Shown here in pieces: positions 61,087 to 64,000 of a DNA stretch of 64,000 bases. The stretch is taken from positions 1-64,000 of the IMG/VR virus record IMGVR_UViG_3300037608_000032; one strand, 5' to 3'. Source of the DNA: a virus. Below the pieces are notes generated by a model. It was not told where the DNA came from, did not search any database, and saw nothing but the letters and a program-made list of their open reading frames with translations. How positions within the stretch are numbered: position 1 is the stretch's first letter; each line of letters starts with the position of its first letter. The translations under genes were made by a program, and so were the position numbers.

Positions 61087-64000
61087 ATGGCCGACTCTAC
61101 GACTATCGGAAAACTCGTCATCCAGATGTTACTGGACTCCACCCCGTTCTCGCAAGGCGTGGAACAGGTCAAGTCCGGGACGAACGCGCTTGGGAGCCAG
61201 CTAAAAAGCTGGGCAGACGGGCTTAATACCGTAGTCGTCGGGGCCATGAAGGCGGCCGGGCTGGCCATGGCTGGACTGGCGGCAGCTTCAACGGCAGTCG
61301 GTGCCCAGTTCCAGCAGAAGATGCAGTATGTCGGCGTCGTCGCCGGGGCCACCGAAGAACAGATGAAGCACCTCACCGCGACGGCTCGGGAGCTGGGTTC
61401 AACGACCACCTATTCCGCGTCCCAGGCGGCCGACGCCATGGCCCTGCTGGCTGGGTCGGGCCTCGACACGGCGGCGACCATCAAGGCGGCTGGAGACGCG
61501 CTCCGGCTCGCTGGCGTGGACGGTGCTTCGATGGACGTGGCGGCGGCGGCGCTGACCGCGACCATGGCGCAGTTCTCCTTGACGGCTGACGAGTCCGGGC
61601 GCATCGCGGACGTGTTCGCCAAGGCGACGGCCCTCAGTCAGTTCAAGGTCGATTCGTTGTCGGACGCCATGAAGTACGGCGGCACCGTCGGCGCGGGCTT
61701 CGGGTGGTCACTCGAACAGACCGTGGCGGCGCTGGCCATGTTCCGGGATGCAGGCCTGGACGGGGCGCGGGCTGGTACGGCGCTCAGGTCTTCGATGTCT
61801 CAGGCCACGATGGTCAACGAGAAGAACATCGAGACCATGGCCAAGTACGGCTTGACCATGGAGGCCGTGAACCCGGAGACCAATACTTTCGCACAGATTC
61901 TGGAGGCCGTGGGCAAGGCGGGGATGACCACGACGGACGCCATGGTCGTCTTCGGGGTCGAAGCTGGAGCGACCATCAAGACGCTGGCCGAACAAGCTGC
62001 GCAAGGGTCCACGAAGTACGCGGAAATGCTGAACAACCTGGAGAATTCCACAGGCACAGCCGAGGCCATGTACTCGAAGATGAACGAGACGGTTTCCGGG
62101 TCGTTCATCATGCTCAAGTCAGCGGCCGAAGAAGTCCTCCTGGTACTCTTCGACACCTACAAGGGGCCGCTTGCGGAGCTCCTCGGCGCTGTCATGAACG
62201 TCGTCAACGCCACTGGCGAGGCGCTCGGAATGGTGGCCGGGTCCATCACGTCGGACATGGGAGACGCTCTCGGGTCGGTGACGGACTTCCTGAACACCAA
62301 CGCTGACTTCATCGGGGAGTCCATCGCCGGGTGGTTGAAGGCGGTCGCTGACTTCGCCGGGGAAGTGAAGGCGCTGATACCGATCTTCCAGGCGATCCTG
62401 CCCTTACTCGATGACATCGCCTTGACCATGGGCCTGATCTGGGTGGCGACGAAGGTAATGGCCTTCGTGAAAGCCGTCTCGGAAGCGCAGGTGGTCGTGG
62501 CCCTGCTCAAGTGGGACGTGAGGGCCCTGGCTGCGGAGCTGACCGCTGCCACGGGCGGGCTGTACGCATTGATCGCCGCTATCGGGGTGCTGGTAGTCGG
62601 AATGGTAGCGTTGATCACCCGGTACAACGAAGCCGAGAGGTCAGCGCGGGCCCTCAAGGACGCCCAAGACGCCCTGGCTGGAAGCACCGCAGCGGTGAAT
62701 CAGGAGCGGGCGGCCTACCTGGAGTCGTTGCTTTCGACCCAGCGTGAGGAGGCCAAGGCGGCGCTGGTTGCCGAGCTCGCGGCCGGAGACGTGTCGAGGG
62801 CCCGACAGACGGAGCTTGAGATTCTCTCCAAGCTCACCGGGGCCACGGCTCAACAGATGGAGGCAGAAGGAAAGCTGGTGCTCGTCAGGGGCCAGCTTCG
62901 CACGGCGGCGTCCATCGGGACGGACCTGAACCCGGACGACGTGAACGCCTTCAATTCCCGCGTGAAGGAGATGGAGTCTACCGCCAGAGCATCGGCGGCA
63001 GAACTCCAGAAGTTGAAGGACTCCATGGCGGGCATGGAGGAGACCGCGAAGATCTCGACTTCAGGGGCCACAGGGGACGCCCTGCGAAAGATGGTGACCG
63101 ACTCGAAGGCCAGGATAGCGCAGCTTGAAGACGAGGTGCCGAGACAGCGTGAAGCCATCTCGAAGCTCAGCGGGGACTTGACCAAGGCCGAGAACGATGT
63201 CCTGGCCGGAATCGCCAAGAACCACGACCGGATCCGAGAGACCCGCGGCAAGACCGCCACCGACGGGGCGAAGAAAGAGAAGGAGTACGTTGACCGGGTA
63301 GCAGAGATGCACAGGGGGTTGCTTGCCGAACTTGCGGGCTTCTCGCAGACCGATCTCCAACGGGTAGACGTGAACATCGCCGAGAGGAAAGCGAAAGTCG
63401 AAGCCTCCTACGCTGACCAGATCAAGGCGGCGGGGGGGAACACGAAGGAGGTAGCTCGACTTCAAGCCCAGCTTCAAGCGGACCTGACCTTGCTCACCGG
63501 GATCGGGGAGCAGGAACGGAAGAAGCTCATCATCGACGCTGCCAAGGAAGCGGCTGACAAGCGGATGACAGAACAGAAGCGGGTGCTCGGGCTCATCGCG
63601 GCGCTGGAAGTAGAGGGGCTTTCGACCTCGGAGAAACTGGAACGAGAGAAGGCGGACACGCTCGCGGGCATCGACGATTCGCTCTACGTCTACAAGACCC
63701 GACTTTCGCAGCTCTACGACGACAAGATCCAGGCGGCCCGGGACGAGGAAGCTGCACAGGCAGCAAGCAACGCCGAAGCGGAGATCTCCTGGCTCTCGCG
63801 CGTGACCGATGCCTGGTACGACGTAGCGGGGGCCATCGGGTCCGTGTGGTCCACGGCGCGAGGGTTCACAGATTTCTTGTCGTCGGCCTTGGAGAAACTG
63901 ACCGGCTTCGCATTCTCGTTGTCGGATGCCCTGTCGAGCATCAGTCAATCGCTGACCGAGTCCGTCGGGACCGTCAATGCGGCGTGGGAGACAGTAGTCT
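61087..64000 (+). CDS. tape measure protein, TP901-type (runs off window end)
   Basis: Not in ORF track. AAGGAG RBS; MADSTTIGKLVIQM..FQQKMQYVGVVAGATEEQMKHLTATARELGSTTTYSASQAADAMALLAGSG; long helical repeats. Confidence 0.93.
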   Translation, partial: MADSTTIGKLVIQMLLDSTPFSQGVEQVKSGTNALGSQLKSWADGLNTVVVGAMKAAGLAMAGLAAASTAVGAQFQQKMQYVGVVAGATEEQMKHLTATARELGSTTTYSASQAADAMALLAGSGLDTAATIKAAGDALRLAGVDGASMDVAAAALTATMAQFSLTADESGRIADVFAKATALSQFKVDSLSDAMKYGGTVGAGFGWSLEQTVAALAMFRDAGLDGARAGTALRSSMSQATMVNEKNIETMAKYGLTMEAVNPETNTFAQILEAVGKAGMTTTDAMVVFGVEAGATIKTLAEQAAQGSTKYAEMLNNLENSTGTAEAMYSKMNETVSGSFIMLKSAAEEVLLVLFDTYKGPLAELLGAVMNVVNATGEALGMVAGSITSDMGDALGSVTDFLNTNADFIGESIAGWLKAVADFAGEVKALIPIFQAILPLLDDIALTMGLIWVATKVMAFVKAVSEAQVVVALLKWDVRALAAELTAATGGLYALIAAIGVLVVGMVALITRYNEAERSARALKDAQDALAGSTAAVNQERAAYLESLLSTQREEAKAALVAELAAGDVSRARQTELEILSKLTGATAQQMEAEGKLVLVRGQLRTAASIGTDLNPDDVNAFNSRVKEMESTARASAAELQKLKDSMAGMEETAKISTSGATGDALRKMVTDSKARIAQLEDEVPRQREAISKLSGDLTKAENDVLAGIAKNHDRIRETRGKTATDGAKKEKEYVDRVAEMHRGLLAELAGFSQTDLQRVDVNIAERKAKVEASYADQIKAAGGNTKEVARLQAQLQADLTLLTGIGEQERKKLIIDAAKEAADKRMTEQKRVLGLIAALEVEGLSTSEKLEREKADTLAGIDDSLYVYKTRLSQLYDDKIQAARDEEAAQAASNAEAEISWLSRVTDAWYDVAGAIGSVWSTARGFTDFLSSALEKLTGFAFSLSDALSSISQSLTESVGTVNAAWETVV

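Noticed and set aside
1-64000. tRNA, integrase/att, reverse transcriptase/DGR, introns or inteins
   Set aside because: No cloverleaf, recombinase, RT or splicing motifs recognised; tRNAscan/Infernal would be needed to exclude RNAs fully.

Overview
GC-rich (roughly 65% by eye) segment of a tailed, siphovirus-like phage genome. No integrase, tRNA, CRISPR array or DNA polymerase was seen, and the host cannot be determined. Layout: (1) leftward early block, 1-9.7 kb: pentapeptide-repeat protein, DnaN clamp, XRE HTH, ECF-sigma-like protein, MoxR/VWA pair, AEP primase-like protein. (2) Rightward replication/recombination block, 10-26 kb: SF2 helicase, PD-(D/E)XK exonuclease, Sak4-like ATPase, SSB, RuvC-like resolvase, primase-helicase, DinG, C5 methylase. 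(3) TerS-like gene followed by modification genes: two methyltransferases, ParB-like, ABC-ATPase/GNAT fusion, PanD, family III CoA-transferase, convergent radical SAM-ASCH. (4) Second leftward early block, small genes, a Mom-like gene and TerL. (5) Head, neck and tail genes with an interleaved epimerase, SGNH protein and triple-GT2/TPR glycosyltransferase, then an endolysin, a frameshifted tail chaperone and the start of the tape measure gene. Two main hypotheses: a sigma factor lacking the -35-binding helix that ends in a beta-clamp motif, lies two genes from the phage's own dnaN and is matched by a -10-only motif (GCTACTAC), i.e. a possible convergent analogue of T4 clamp-coupled transcription; and a PanD/CoA-transferase/GNAT DNA-acylation pathway. 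Three further recurrent cis-elements were found. All assignments come from reading motifs by eye, without database searches.
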